The notes: generated from the sequence alone by a model not told the origin. Counted from the stretch's first letter, positions 35,311-45,570 are shown. The stretch is DNA of 64,000 nt from Sedimentisphaerales bacterium (GCA_040772485.1 JAXGYC010000010.1:224001-288000), one strand, 5' to 3'. Program-made: numbers and translations.

Positions 35311-36090
35311 ATGACCAAGCTAATGAACTGCCTGTCAATCATCGTGGTGCTGTTGACGACTGCCGCCGGAGCCCAGGAATGGAAACTGGTCTGGTCGGAC
35401 GAGTTCCAGCTCGCCGGGGCGCCCGATCCGAACAAATGGGATTACGAGCAGGGCTACATCCGCAACAAAGAGCTGCAATTCTACACCAAGGCCAGGCCCG
35501 AAAACGCGCGAGTCGAGGACGGCTGCCTCGTCATCGAGACGCGAAAGGACGGATTCGAAGGCCATCCCATCACCTCGGCCAGCCTGCACACGCGATGGAA
35601 GGCGGCCTGGCGTTACGGTCGGATCGAGGTGCGCGCCAAGCTGCCGACCGGCAAGGGCATGTGGCCGGCGATCTGGATGCTCGGTGTCAATCGCGAGAGC
35701 GGCTGGCCCGCCTGCGGCGAGATCGACATCATGGAGAACGTCGGCTTCGATCCGTTGAAGATTCACGCCAACGTCCACACCAAGGCGTACAACCACGTCC
35801 TGGGCACCAACAAGGGCAACCGCATCGAGGTCGCCGATCCGTCGCAGAACTTCCACGTCTACGCCATCGAGTGGTTTGAGGATCACATTGATTTCTTCGT
35901 GGACAAGACGAAGTACTTCACATTCGGCAACGAAGGGACAGGCAATGACGTCTGGCCGTTCGACAAGCCGCACTACCTGATCCTCAACGCGGCGTATGGC
36001 GGCTCATGGGGCGGCGCTCAAGGCACAGACGACGCCATTTTGCCGCAGAAGTACTTCATCGACTACGTCCGCGTCTACCAGAGCAAGTGA
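35311..36090 (+). CDS. Secreted glycoside hydrolase family 16
   Basis: WKLVWSDEF, WPAIWML and catalytic GEIDIMEN (ExDxxE). Confidence 0.95.
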   Translation: MTKLMNCLSIIVVLLTTAAGAQEWKLVWSDEFQLAGAPDPNKWDYEQGYIRNKELQFYTKARPENARVEDGCLVIETRKDGFEGHPITSASLHTRWKAAWRYGRIEVRAKLPTGKGMWPAIWMLGVNRESGWPACGEIDIMENVGFDPLKIHANVHTKAYNHVLGTNKGNRIEVADPSQNFHVYAIEWFEDHIDFFVDKTKYFTFGNEGTGNDVWPFDKPHYLILNAAYGGSWGGAQGTDDAILPQKYFIDYVRVYQSK

Positions 36091-36131
36091 CGCTCGTCCG
36101 TGTCGATTCGATTGAATGGAGAACGCATCGC

Positions 36132-36953
36132 ATGAAGACTCTTCCACGCTTCGGACTGCTATCGGCAGCCCTCCTTCTGTTCGCAGGTTGTGCATCGAAA
36201 ATGGAAATCATCGCGCATCGTGGGGCCTCGTACCTGGCCCCGGAAAACACGGTCGCCTCGGCCAGGCTGGCCTGGGAAAAGAACGCCGACGCCGTCGAGG
36301 TCGACGTCTATCTCACGACGGATCAGCGGGTCGTGGTGATCCACGACCGCACGACCAAGCGGACCGGCGGCGAGGAGCTGGAGGTCGCGAACTGCACCGC
36401 AGAGCAACTGCGCCGTCTGGACGTCGGGAGTTTCAAGGACGCGAGCTTCGCGGGCGAGCGCATCCCCGTGCTGGAAGAAATCGTCGAGACGGTGCCTGCC
36501 GGCAAGAAGCTCTTTGTGGAGATCAAGTGCGGCCCGGAGGTGTTGCCGGCATTGGAGAAGATCTTCGTCGAAAGCGGCAAACGCTCACAGATCGTGATCA
36601 TCGGCTTCGGTCTGGAGACGGTCACAGCCTCCAAGCAACTCATGCCGGACATCCCCACGTACTGGCTGGTCGGCACGAAGAAGGACGAGCAGACCGAGGC
36701 GTGGATTCCGCACGACAAAACCCTCGCCGACCAGGCGGCTGCCGCCGGCCTGGACGGCCTGAACGTGCATTATGCCGGCGTCACGAAGGAATTCGCCAAG
36801 AGTGTCCGAGATGCCGGTTTGGGCCTGTACGTCTGGACGGTCAACGACGTTGCGGAAGCAGCTCGCCTCGTCAGGATCGGTGTCGACGGCATAACGACCG
36901 ACCGGCCGGGGTGGCTCCGTAGCGAACTATCCGGCTCCAAACACCTGTTCTGA
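36132..36953 (+). CDS. Glycerophosphodiester phosphodiesterase (lipoprotein)
   Basis: Lipobox FAGC, IIAHRGAS..APENT, EVDV, VEIK, WTVND and GITTDRP. Confidence 0.93.
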   Translation: MKTLPRFGLLSAALLLFAGCASKMEIIAHRGASYLAPENTVASARLAWEKNADAVEVDVYLTTDQRVVVIHDRTTKRTGGEELEVANCTAEQLRRLDVGSFKDASFAGERIPVLEEIVETVPAGKKLFVEIKCGPEVLPALEKIFVESGKRSQIVIIGFGLETVTASKQLMPDIPTYWLVGTKKDEQTEAWIPHDKTLADQAAAAGLDGLNVHYAGVTKEFAKSVRDAGLGLYVWTVNDVAEAARLVRIGVDGITTDRPGWLRSELSGSKHLF

Positions 36954-36989
36954 ACGGTTCGTGTCCTGCGATGAACAGAGGCCGGCAGG

Positions 36990-38219
36990 TCAGGCCCTCA
37001 GTCCGGTCAGATCGGCTTCGAGCCTTCGGTTCTCGCGGAACAGCTCGTCCAGTGTCAGCCTGGTCCTGCGGCGCGCCGCCTCGCGGCCCAGGATCGTCGC
37101 CAGCGTTGCGTTGACGCTTGGCTCGACCGTCGGGTTGTCGTAGAGACCATCCGTAACGCACTTGTGAAACGTGTCGATGTTCCGCCTGGCCCCGCTGGGA
37201 TAGAGATCCACGACATCACCGCCGCGCCAGCCGGCTCGATTGCCGAGAATCCGGACCTGTGTGGTGTAGCCGGTCTCCAGGTAGCCATCGCGGCCCTGGG
37301 CGAAACAGTCCGAGCGGAACTCGAACCGGTTCTTGAGGTGCTCGCCCCGATGGTTCAGGATGAGCCCATCGGCGAACTCGTACGTGATGGAATAGACGTC
37401 GTGCGAATCCCCGTGCGGGTCGGCCCGGCCGATGCGCGAGGCCCCCATCGCGGCAACCGGCATCTGCCCGGCGATCCACAGCGCCACATCGATCGCGTGA
37501 ATCCCCGCGTTGACGAGATAGCTGCCACCCAAGGCCTCGTCATTGACCCAGATCAACTGCTGCAGGCGGCTCTCGATCGTCGCGGTCTTGGGCGGATCGC
37601 TGAAGCTCTCGTCGTTGTATTCTGAGCTGAGCATCGCAATCGGGCCGATGGCGCCCTCGCGGACACGCTGGACGCCCTCAATGAAGAATGGATCGGTTCG
37701 CGTCTGGAAATCGCACAGGAAGACCTGCTTGTTCGTCGTCGCCTTCCTTGCGGCGTCTCGGATGCGCAGGCAGCCGGGCACATCGCAGCCCAAGGGCTTG
37801 GCGATATAGACGTGAAGGCCGGCCTGGACCGCCGCCTCGACGTGGTCCGGGAAGCAGTACGGCGGAGTCTCCAGGAAGACGGCGTCGACGCCGCTGGCAA
37901 CGAGCTCGTCGCAAGCCGAAAGGCCCCAGAAGCGTCTGGCCTCGGGGACACCGAACCGCTCCCCCGCCGCCTTGGCAACGGGCGCGAAGTAGTCCGCGAC
38001 CGCCCAGACCTCGTAGCCTCCATGCCTGGCGAGCATATCGGTGATCATCGTACCGCGCTGGCCGACGCCGACGATGCCCACTCTGATTCGACGGCTGGCG
38101 GCTGTCGCGAGGACGACGCCATGCCGGGCGGCCGTGATGGAGAACGCCGCCGCACCGGCGCCGATGAGGAAGTCGCGACGACGGAGTCTCCGCTTCGATT
38201 GATTCGTTGTCCTTGCCAT
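36990..38219 (-). CDS. Tat-exported Gfo/Idh/MocA oxidoreductase
   Basis: LRRRDFLIG, VGIVGVGQRG, ETPP, HVYIAKP and IHAIDV. Start MARTT with RBS AGGAGAGG. Confidence 0.9.
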   Translation of the reverse strand: MARTTNQSKRRLRRRDFLIGAGAAAFSITAARHGVVLATAASRRIRVGIVGVGQRGTMITDMLARHGGYEVWAVADYFAPVAKAAGERFGVPEARRFWGLSACDELVASGVDAVFLETPPYCFPDHVEAAVQAGLHVYIAKPLGCDVPGCLRIRDAARKATTNKQVFLCDFQTRTDPFFIEGVQRVREGAIGPIAMLSSEYNDESFSDPPKTATIESRLQQLIWVNDEALGGSYLVNAGIHAIDVALWIAGQMPVAAMGASRIGRADPHGDSHDVYSITYEFADGLILNHRGEHLKNRFEFRSDCFAQGRDGYLETGYTTQVRILGNRAGWRGGDVVDLYPSGARRNIDTFHKCVTDGLYDNPTVEPSVNATLATILGREAARRRTRLTLDELFRENRRLEADLTGLRA

Positions 38220-38254
38220 AATCCGACCTCTCCTATCGAGCATAGCTTGATGGA

Positions 38255-39235
38255 TCACCCGTTGACACCGAGCTTGGTGACACACGCCTTGATCTCTTCG
38301 AAACGCTCCTCGGCGAGCAGCCTGCCGTAATCGCGCATCGCTGTACCGATGTTGCTCCACGCAGCCCAGATGGGCTCTTTGCCCCGTGGGGCCGCAAGCT
38401 GTCTGGCGACCAGCGCCGCCTCGGCGTCCACGAAACGGTCGAGCGTCTTGTAGTCCCACGTGGGCATTCTTCGCGCGAGCGTGGCCAGCCTCGATACAAT
38501 CGTCTCGGTGAGCACGCGTCCGTCCTCGGCCGACGCCTGTGCTTTCGGATCGCGTCCGTGCACCCCTCGGTGCGGCGGGTCGCCCAGTCGCGACAGCCTG
38601 ACCGTGTCGGGATACAAATGCATCATCAGCGACGTCTCGCCCCATGCGGCGTGGTCGCCCGTGTAGTCCACATCCAGCGCCAGCATGTACTCCGGAGTAC
38701 CCAGCACGGGAATAGCCAGGGCCCGGCTCATACGCACGGCAGTCTCGCGCACGACGATCTGCTGCGCCGCGCCGTAGTGCCCCGTGAGAATGATGATCGC
38801 GCGGTACCCATCGCGGGCCATCTCCCGACAAAGTTGCTCGAGCCAAGGCCGCAGCAATCTGCTGAACACGTCATCCTCGGGGTCCATAATGAATGTATGG
38901 GCCTCGCTCAGTCCGCCGACGCCACCGTAGAGCGGCGGCGCCACCACACCCCCGCCAGCCTGGGCCGCTCGGATGCACAGCGCATGGGCCTTGACTGCAT
39001 CGACCCCCACGACATTGTGGACGCCGTGCCATTCGATCGTGCCCAGCGGCTGGAAGATCGTCGCACAGGCCGCCCGCGCCGCCTCCAATTCCTTTGGACG
39101 AAGGAACTCCAGCCGAACGTCCTTCGATGCAGAGGTGTCCGAAGCGTCTGTTTCGTGGGCATACGCAAGAGAGCTGAGCAATGTGCCTGCCGCACCGACG
39201 CCGAGCAACTCCCGCCGTCCAAGCTTTCCAGTCAT
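38255..39235 (-). CDS. Creatininase-family amidohydrolase with a Tat signal
   Basis: LGRRELLG, PLGTIEWHGVHNVVGVD, TGHYG and GDHAAWGETS. Confidence 0.9.
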   Translation of the reverse strand: MTGKLGRRELLGVGAAGTLLSSLAYAHETDASDTSASKDVRLEFLRPKELEAARAACATIFQPLGTIEWHGVHNVVGVDAVKAHALCIRAAQAGGGVVAPPLYGGVGGLSEAHTFIMDPEDDVFSRLLRPWLEQLCREMARDGYRAIIILTGHYGAAQQIVVRETAVRMSRALAIPVLGTPEYMLALDVDYTGDHAAWGETSLMMHLYPDTVRLSRLGDPPHRGVHGRDPKAQASAEDGRVLTETIVSRLATLARRMPTWDYKTLDRFVDAEAALVARQLAAPRGKEPIWAAWSNIGTAMRDYGRLLAEERFEEIKACVTKLGVNG

Positions 39236-39303
39236 GGCCTGTCTCCTTCACTTCCAAATGTCAGGAAATTCGTATGCGTATCGATGCTTCCGCGTCCCAG
39301 GAG

Positions 39304-39332
39304 AGTCTAACCGGACACGTCTTCTCTGCCAA
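39304..39332 (-). promoter_or_regulatory. Sigma70-type promoter
   Basis: TTGGCA-N17-TAGACT. Confidence 0.55.
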
Positions 39333-39404
39333 GGCCGGAGGCGCGAACGGAGGCAGATTGCAGGAGAACGCCTGACGGCGTCACTACGAACCTGGGTTTT
39401 GGCG

Positions 39405-39433
39405 TTGACATTTGGCGGGATACCGCCGACGAT
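39405..39433 (+). promoter_or_regulatory. Sigma70-type promoter with a ggcgg/ccgcc palindrome in the spacer
   Basis: TTGACA-N17-GACGAT. Confidence 0.5.
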
Positions 39434-39477
39434 GGCGGCATCGAATCGAAATGGTTGTTCTTTGCAGGAGAATGCAG

Positions 39478-39780
39478 ATGTCCGAACAGGCGCTGACCGT
39501 GCTGGCCCGCGTGAGGGCCAGGGCAGAGAAGTTGCGGCAAGTTGAGGAGACGCTGACCGGGCTGATCGGCCCGACACGACGAGAGCCCGGCTGCATCAGT
39601 TACGCGCTGCATCAGTCCAACGACGATCCGTGCGTGTTCGTATTCGTCGAGATCTGGAGGAACCAGGCCGATCTGGACGAGCACCTCCAGAAGCCTCATC
39701 TACAGGCGTTCGTCGCCGCGGCGGGCGATCTGCTGGCCGAGCCGCTGGACGTCACATTGTGGCACGAGGTTCAGCCGTAG
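39478..39780 (+). CDS. Antibiotic-biosynthesis-monooxygenase (putative quinol monooxygenase) family protein
   Basis: TRREPGCISYALH..D..FVFVEIW..ADLDEHLQKPH. Confidence 0.9.
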   Translation: MSEQALTVLARVRARAEKLRQVEETLTGLIGPTRREPGCISYALHQSNDDPCVFVFVEIWRNQADLDEHLQKPHLQAFVAAAGDLLAEPLDVTLWHEVQP

Positions 39781-39807
39781 CGATTGCCGTCACCATGGGG
39801 GTGTAAC

Positions 39808-40245
39808 ATGGAGTATTCGGTCGGACAAACCGGTCGCGTGATCGCCGCCAGGCTTTTCGAAGGCGAGGATTTGTACGAGTCCATCGAACAAATCGCGAAG
39901 AGAGAACAGATTCGCTGTGCCGCCGTGCTGATCACCGGTGGGTTCCGCCAAGCGAATGTCGTCGTCGGCCCCAAGCAGGAAGAGCCCCGGATCGAAGCCG
40001 ATTTTCGCACGTTCACCGGTCCGGGCGAGGCGTTCGGCGTCGGAACGATCTATTGCGACGACAAAGGTCCGAAACTGCACCTGCACGCGGCGATGGGCCG
40101 GGGCGGCGAGAATCTGGTGGGCTGCCCTCGCGGCGGCGCCAAGACCTTCCTGATCCTGGAAGTGACGATCATCGAAATCGTCGGGATCGAGGCGGGCCGC
40201 AAGCTCGATCCGGCCACCGGCTGGAACCTGCTGCGCGTGGGGTGA
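39808..40245 (+). CDS. PPC/DUF296 domain protein
   Basis: RLFEGEDL, GVGTI, LHLHAAMG, LEV and RKLDPATG. Confidence 0.88.
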   Translation: MEYSVGQTGRVIAARLFEGEDLYESIEQIAKREQIRCAAVLITGGFRQANVVVGPKQEEPRIEADFRTFTGPGEAFGVGTIYCDDKGPKLHLHAAMGRGGENLVGCPRGGAKTFLILEVTIIEIVGIEAGRKLDPATGWNLLRVG

Positions 40246-40303
40246 CCGGACAGCGGATCGCCCAAGTAATACTGTCGATACGACGCAAGGAAGGACCCTG
40301 TAA

Positions 40304-41770
40304 GTGAGCCAGCCAGCCCTGACCCCCGAGTACATCGATGGACTGCCGAACCTGTGCGGGTCCGAAGACCAGATCGCCGAGACGATGGGCCGCAGCGGGC
40401 CGTTCTACCTACCCGAGAGCGGGATCGACTTCGACCGTATCCAGAGTGCGTTCGCGATTGCGTTGCACATGCACCAGCCGCTGATCCCGGCCGGAGGCGA
40501 CGACCTCCGCACAGCGCGGATCATCAGCAATCTCGAAGACATGATGAACCATCCGAACATCGGCGACAATCACAACGCCTCCGTCTTCCGCTCGTGCTAC
40601 GAGCGCATGGGCCGGTTCATCCCGCAACTCGTCTCCGAGGGCAAGCAGCCCCGCGTGATGTTCGACTATTCAGGTTGCCTCTTGGACGGGCTCTGCCGGA
40701 TGGGCGCGACCGACGTGATCGACCGGCTTCGCAAGATCACATGCGACCGGGCGTATCGGCCCTGCGTCGAGTGGCTCGGGTCCGCGTGGGGACACCCCGT
40801 GGCGCCCTCGACCCCCGTACAGGATTACCGACTGCACGTCCGCGCCTGGCAGCACTTCTTCACCGCGTTGTTCGGGTTTGAGGCGCTGGCCCGCGTGCGC
40901 GGCTTCTCTCCGGCGGAGATGGCCCTTCCCAACCACCCCGACGTCTGCTACGAGTTCGTCAAGACGCTGAAGGACTGCGGCTACCGCTGGGTCCTCGTCC
41001 AGGAGCACACGGTCGAGCGGATCGAGGACGGAGGCCCGCTGCATTGGCCTCACGTGCCGCACCGACTGGTGGCGAGGAATTCCCGGGGACAGACGCTGAG
41101 CATCACCGCCATTGTCAAGACGCAGGGCAGCGACACCAAGCTCATCGGGCAGATGCAGCCGTATTACGAGGCCAAGGGCCTGGGCCGACGCGAGCTGGCG
41201 GGCCGGTCGATCCCGCCGCTCGTGACGCAGATCTCCGACGGCGAAAACGGCGGCGTGATGATGAACGAGTTCCCGCCGAAGTTCCTCAACGTGATCGCGG
41301 AAGCGTCAGGCAGCGCGACCGTTCCGGCCAACGTGACGGAGTACCTGGAATACCTCGACCGCCTCGGAATTGGCGAGGCGGACTTTCCGACAATCCAGCC
41401 GATCATGCAGAAGCGCCTCTGGGACCGATTCACCGACGGCGCTGGGCCGGAGAAGCTCGACGAGGCCATTGCCGAACTCCGCAAAGAGGATGGCCGCTTC
41501 CATATGGAAGGCGGAAGCTGGACCGCCAACATCTCCTGGGTTCGCGGCTACGACCACGTGCTCGGGCCCATGCAGAACGCCAGCGTCCTGTTCGCCGAGA
41601 AGGCGCTCGCCGCCGGCATCCCGACGACGGATGCGCGATACCGTAACGCGCTCTACCATCTCCTGACGACGCAGACGAGCTGCTTCCGTTATTGGGGCGA
41701 GGGCGCCTGGACCGACTACGGCCGCGAGCTGTGCCGCCGGACCATCGAAATCCTCAATGCCGACTTCTGA
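40304..41770 (+). CDS. Glycoside hydrolase family 57
   Basis: ALHMHQP, GFSPAEM, DGENG and TSCFRYWG. Confidence 0.88.
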   Translation: MSQPALTPEYIDGLPNLCGSEDQIAETMGRSGPFYLPESGIDFDRIQSAFAIALHMHQPLIPAGGDDLRTARIISNLEDMMNHPNIGDNHNASVFRSCYERMGRFIPQLVSEGKQPRVMFDYSGCLLDGLCRMGATDVIDRLRKITCDRAYRPCVEWLGSAWGHPVAPSTPVQDYRLHVRAWQHFFTALFGFEALARVRGFSPAEMALPNHPDVCYEFVKTLKDCGYRWVLVQEHTVERIEDGGPLHWPHVPHRLVARNSRGQTLSITAIVKTQGSDTKLIGQMQPYYEAKGLGRRELAGRSIPPLVTQISDGENGGVMMNEFPPKFLNVIAEASGSATVPANVTEYLEYLDRLGIGEADFPTIQPIMQKRLWDRFTDGAGPEKLDEAIAELRKEDGRFHMEGGSWTANISWVRGYDHVLGPMQNASVLFAEKALAAGIPTTDARYRNALYHLLTTQTSCFRYWGEGAWTDYGRELCRRTIEILNADF

Positions 41771-41788
41771 TCCTGCCCTTCTGACCCG

Positions 41789-43993
41789 TCATTCATCCTT
41801 GAACCGGATCTCCGGCATCTCCCGGCCCAGCCGCTCGTATGTGGCCTTCAGTTCCTCCCGGAATTCATCGGGCTTCATAAACTCCACGTGCGAATCCAGA
41901 AACAAGACGTTGACGCCTTCCGTGCAGTAGCGTGTGTCTTCGTAGGCCACGATGTTTCCGGGGTACATCGCGGTGGTCTGACCCGGGATGTAGACGTAGC
42001 TGGGTCCGTCGAAATCCGCGGGTTTGCGTTTCGATTCCAGGCACTGGGCAGGCAGTTCCGCCTCGGTGACAAGGGCTTCGAGGTTTGGCGGAAGCTCATC
42101 CTCATGATCGTTCGCATAGATCAGGCAGGCCTTGCCGATCGATGACAGATTCGTCCCCGACGTCATCCGAAAGGCCAACTGCCGGGTCCGGGCCAGAGAC
42201 GGCATGATGACGCCGGCCGCCAGTGCCCCGCCGGCCACGCCTCGGAGGCTGACTTCGAGCCCCGTGCCACGATAGTGCGAGTAGAACCCGTCCGGGCGGG
42301 CGCAGCCGTATTCGCACGCCGGCTGCATGTCCTTGATAATCGCGCCGAGGTTCGGCAGCATCACCGGCAGCTTGATGCCCGCCTTCATCGCGCCCATCGT
42401 CGCCAGGGGCCAGACCTGCTGAAGCTGCATCATCATCTGTGTGAACTGCGCCTGCGAGTCGATGTAGCTCAGGCTCAGCAGGTTCGCGGGCAGATCGGCG
42501 GTGGCCTTCTTGTAGCCCTCGGTGTCCAGCAACGACGAGACGCCCTGGCCTGGGGAGGCCACCCGCTTGATCCCCATGGTGCACAGGGCGGTGTTGGAGC
42601 CGATCACCACCTGATCCCCGACGACCGACCAAGTCGGCATCACCTGTGCGAAGGCCAGCACCGGACTGGCCCAGACGTGGATCGTGCGCCCCTGCTCGTC
42701 GGCTTGGGAGCCGACCTGGAGCATGCCCTCGGCCTTCTCGCCGACAAAAGCCCCGAGTGTCGTCATGGTCTTCTCGAACAGCGAGGCGTCGGCGAGCTTG
42801 AGCATCGCGACCAAGCCTCCCATCGGCGCCTCAGGCATCCTTCCGGCCGGAAGCGAATAGAGCACGACCGGGCCGGCCAGGCTCTTCAGCAGACCGTCCC
42901 GAAGCTGGATGCCCACCTCGGACTCCAGTTCCGCCAGGCCCTTCTGGACCTCCGGATAGCCTTCATCGGGCGAAACGGCCTTGAGCGTCTTCATGATCGT
43001 GTCGTAGATATGCCCAAGATCGACATTCACCACGCTGGCGGTCACCGCCTGGGCATTCACCGCGCCAAGCATGGCGGGATCGACCGGCTTGAACGCTGCG
43101 AACAGACCGGTCCTCGGCTCAGGCACCTGGGCAAACGAATCGGAGACCAGATCGGTTCCGGAGATACCGACCCGCACGACAATCGTCCCGACCTTGCTCA
43201 CGCCCAGCTCGTCAAGCGCCAGCTTGATGGGAATCAGATCGTCCTGGCCCCCTTCCCGAAAGGCGAAGCTCTGCACGATCTGCCAGATCTGCTGCAAGTC
43301 CTCATAGACCGCCAGGACATCACCGTGGCCGGGGACCTTCTTGAGATGGTCGGTCGGCGTCGCGCGCGGGCTCGCCAGGTACTTTGTCGCCACCCCTTGC
43401 TGATCGTTGACGCCCACAATCAGGTAGTTGCCCACCCAGCCCCAGTAGAGCGGGACATCATCGTTGTCCTTGAGGCTGTGCATCTTCAAGGCGCCGACGT
43501 CGATCTGGCCGATCTCGTCCTCGCCGATCATGCTTTCCACCTGGGCCAGCGCCGCTTCCAGTTCCGGCTTGCGGTCGCCCGCGTCGAGGATGCCGAAGAA
43601 GCACGCCGGCGGCCCTTCCACCGTCTCGGCCCGCGCCGCGCCGATGAGGATGGGCCTCTTCAGGAGCAACTGGCCGTATCCCATTGCCATCTTGACCATC
43701 TGGGCCACCTCGGCACGCTCCTCTTCGTGTCCGACCTTGGTCATCAGCTCATTCTTGATCTGGGTGACGAAGCTGGTGACCTGCGGATCGCTGCACATCC
43801 GGCCGAAGATGGTCTTGGCGCATTCGTCCTTCAGCGCGTCGCAGCCGCTGGTGGCGATGAAGTACACGGTATCATCGGGCATCACCCTGGTCAGCTCTTC
43901 GACCGCTGAGGCTGCCGCCGCGTCCGTGACGACGAAACCGGCCACAACCAGCAACGACAAACAAATCCATGACAATCTCCGCAACCCGTTCAT
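41789..43993 (-). CDS. Exported DUF3352-like protein fused to a pilin-like helix and an H-X9-DG-type C-terminus
   Basis: Signal peptide, GVIMPSLARTRQLAFRMTSGTNLSSIGKACLIYANDH and GVNVLFLDSHVEF. Confidence 0.75.
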   Translation of the reverse strand: MNGLRRLSWICLSLLVVAGFVVTDAAAASAVEELTRVMPDDTVYFIATSGCDALKDECAKTIFGRMCSDPQVTSFVTQIKNELMTKVGHEEERAEVAQMVKMAMGYGQLLLKRPILIGAARAETVEGPPACFFGILDAGDRKPELEAALAQVESMIGEDEIGQIDVGALKMHSLKDNDDVPLYWGWVGNYLIVGVNDQQGVATKYLASPRATPTDHLKKVPGHGDVLAVYEDLQQIWQIVQSFAFREGGQDDLIPIKLALDELGVSKVGTIVVRVGISGTDLVSDSFAQVPEPRTGLFAAFKPVDPAMLGAVNAQAVTASVVNVDLGHIYDTIMKTLKAVSPDEGYPEVQKGLAELESEVGIQLRDGLLKSLAGPVVLYSLPAGRMPEAPMGGLVAMLKLADASLFEKTMTTLGAFVGEKAEGMLQVGSQADEQGRTIHVWASPVLAFAQVMPTWSVVGDQVVIGSNTALCTMGIKRVASPGQGVSSLLDTEGYKKATADLPANLLSLSYIDSQAQFTQMMMQLQQVWPLATMGAMKAGIKLPVMLPNLGAIIKDMQPACEYGCARPDGFYSHYRGTGLEVSLRGVAGGALAAGVIMPSLARTRQLAFRMTSGTNLSSIGKACLIYANDHEDELPPNLEALVTEAELPAQCLESKRKPADFDGPSYVYIPGQTTAMYPGNIVAYEDTRYCTEGVNVLFLDSHVEFMKPDEFREELKATYERLGREMPEIRFKDE

Positions 43994-44039
43994 CGCAATC
44001 TCCCTTCAAAAAAAACCGCGTATCTCGTGCAACCTCTCG

Positions 44040-45371
44040 TCAACGTTTTGAATTATCGTAACGTACCACCAGACACGGGCCCGGCAGCAGCACCTCGATC
44101 CCGTGATGCTCGGTGTCACTGATCACGCTCAACGTGTTCGCGCCCGGCTTCAGATGGGCCGGATCGATCTCGATGTCCGTGTGAACCACATCGTGTATGC
44201 CACGGCCTGAGGTGATCGAGTAGGGATGGCCGTTGATCTTGAACGGCTCCTTCACATTTCCCTCGCCTCCATCCCAGATCTTCACGATCAGCCTCGCCGA
44301 TTCGACGTTCGACAGGTCACGCGGAAGGTCGATCGTAGCCGTGCGGACCTGCGACGCCCGCGACCAGAACGGCACGGGCATGTCCCGGCACGCGTACATC
44401 CGCACGCAATGACGTCCCCTGGCAAATTCGAGCCCGTCCAGGACGGGTGTCCAGTAGCACAGCCCTCCCTTCAAGCGGATCAGGGCCCGCAGCGCCGTCG
44501 GGCCATCCTGATCGGGGATCATCCGCGTGTGCCAGACGATGGGAAACGGGCTCACCGTCGCCTTGCCGATGTGATGGACGTACCGCCGATCGTGCGTGTA
44601 GCCATGCCAGTCGTTGGTCCGCCCATCGCCGTCGTCGTCGTAGCCATCGCACCGGGCGAAGTACTCGACCGACTCGATCTCCGCTTCCATCGGTCTGGGA
44701 CACGTCAGCGTGATAGAAACGTCGTCGCCGATGGCCTCGTCGCCGGACGGCAGCAAGACGCGTGCGGAAAACCCTTCGAGCCCGCGTGCCACCAGATCGG
44801 GATGGCCGGGCTTGAGATAGCAGCGGATCGCCGCTTCGTCGACGATGAAATGGCCCCAGAAGGTCTGGCCCCGGTCGCAGGCGAACTGCACCGCGTTGCG
44901 GCCGCTCACCAATTGCTCGACCTTCAACGAGATCAGCGGATAGCTGTACGCGCAGTGGCCTGCCTCGCAACCGTCGTCGGGAATGGCGTACACCTGCTTG
45001 CCGTTCAGGAGAAAACGCTTGTTGGCGGTCCCGGGGTGGCCGGCCCAGACTTCCAGGTAGAGATCGGCGCCCTGCAAGGCGAACAGGTCCTCGGGCACGT
45101 CGATCAGGGTCAGGCCGTTGGCCCGGGCTTCGGGCTTCCTGCCGTACTCGGGGTGCAGACTCAGTTCGGGGTCGTTGACCCGCAGCATGCGGCCGGACGA
45201 ATTGCTGATCGTAGCGTCGAACTCGGCCCAGTGCTCCCGGAAGAAGACGCCCGTCCGGCCCCAGCGATCGTCGGATCCGGCAGACCCGAACGACGGGCGC
45301 GCCGCAGAGACCGAACCGGCAACGGCCAACAGAACGATGCAGACGACGTAACTCTTGCCAAAGCCGGTCAT
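44040..45371 (-). CDS. Secreted hypothetical protein with duplicated beta-sandwich (CBM-like) domains
   Basis: Signal peptide from MTGFGK with RBS AGGAG; repeated pattern W.G..G...F..NG...L..G.N. Confidence 0.7.
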   Translation of the reverse strand: MTGFGKSYVVCIVLLAVAGSVSAARPSFGSAGSDDRWGRTGVFFREHWAEFDATISNSSGRMLRVNDPELSLHPEYGRKPEARANGLTLIDVPEDLFALQGADLYLEVWAGHPGTANKRFLLNGKQVYAIPDDGCEAGHCAYSYPLISLKVEQLVSGRNAVQFACDRGQTFWGHFIVDEAAIRCYLKPGHPDLVARGLEGFSARVLLPSGDEAIGDDVSITLTCPRPMEAEIESVEYFARCDGYDDDGDGRTNDWHGYTHDRRYVHHIGKATVSPFPIVWHTRMIPDQDGPTALRALIRLKGGLCYWTPVLDGLEFARGRHCVRMYACRDMPVPFWSRASQVRTATIDLPRDLSNVESARLIVKIWDGGEGNVKEPFKINGHPYSITSGRGIHDVVHTDIEIDPAHLKPGANTLSVISDTEHHGIEVLLPGPCLVVRYDNSKR

Positions 45372-45439
45372 TACGACACTCCTGCCACTCGCACGGGACC
45401 TTCTCTTCGCACAATGCCTCACGTCTGATTCAGGAGGCG

Positions 45440-45468
45440 ATTATACGTCCGACCAGGGTCGGCGACAA
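45440..45468 (-). promoter_or_regulatory. Sigma70-type promoter
   Basis: TTGTCG-N17-TATAAT. Confidence 0.6.
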
Positions 45469-45570
45469 GCCTGCCCAAGCCTGTCCCCTCTACGCACAGA
45501 CGCCCGGCGAGCCGAGATGTTGCGCCATCCATGGAGCAAAACGCGGAACGACATCCGCGTGGCAAGTCAA

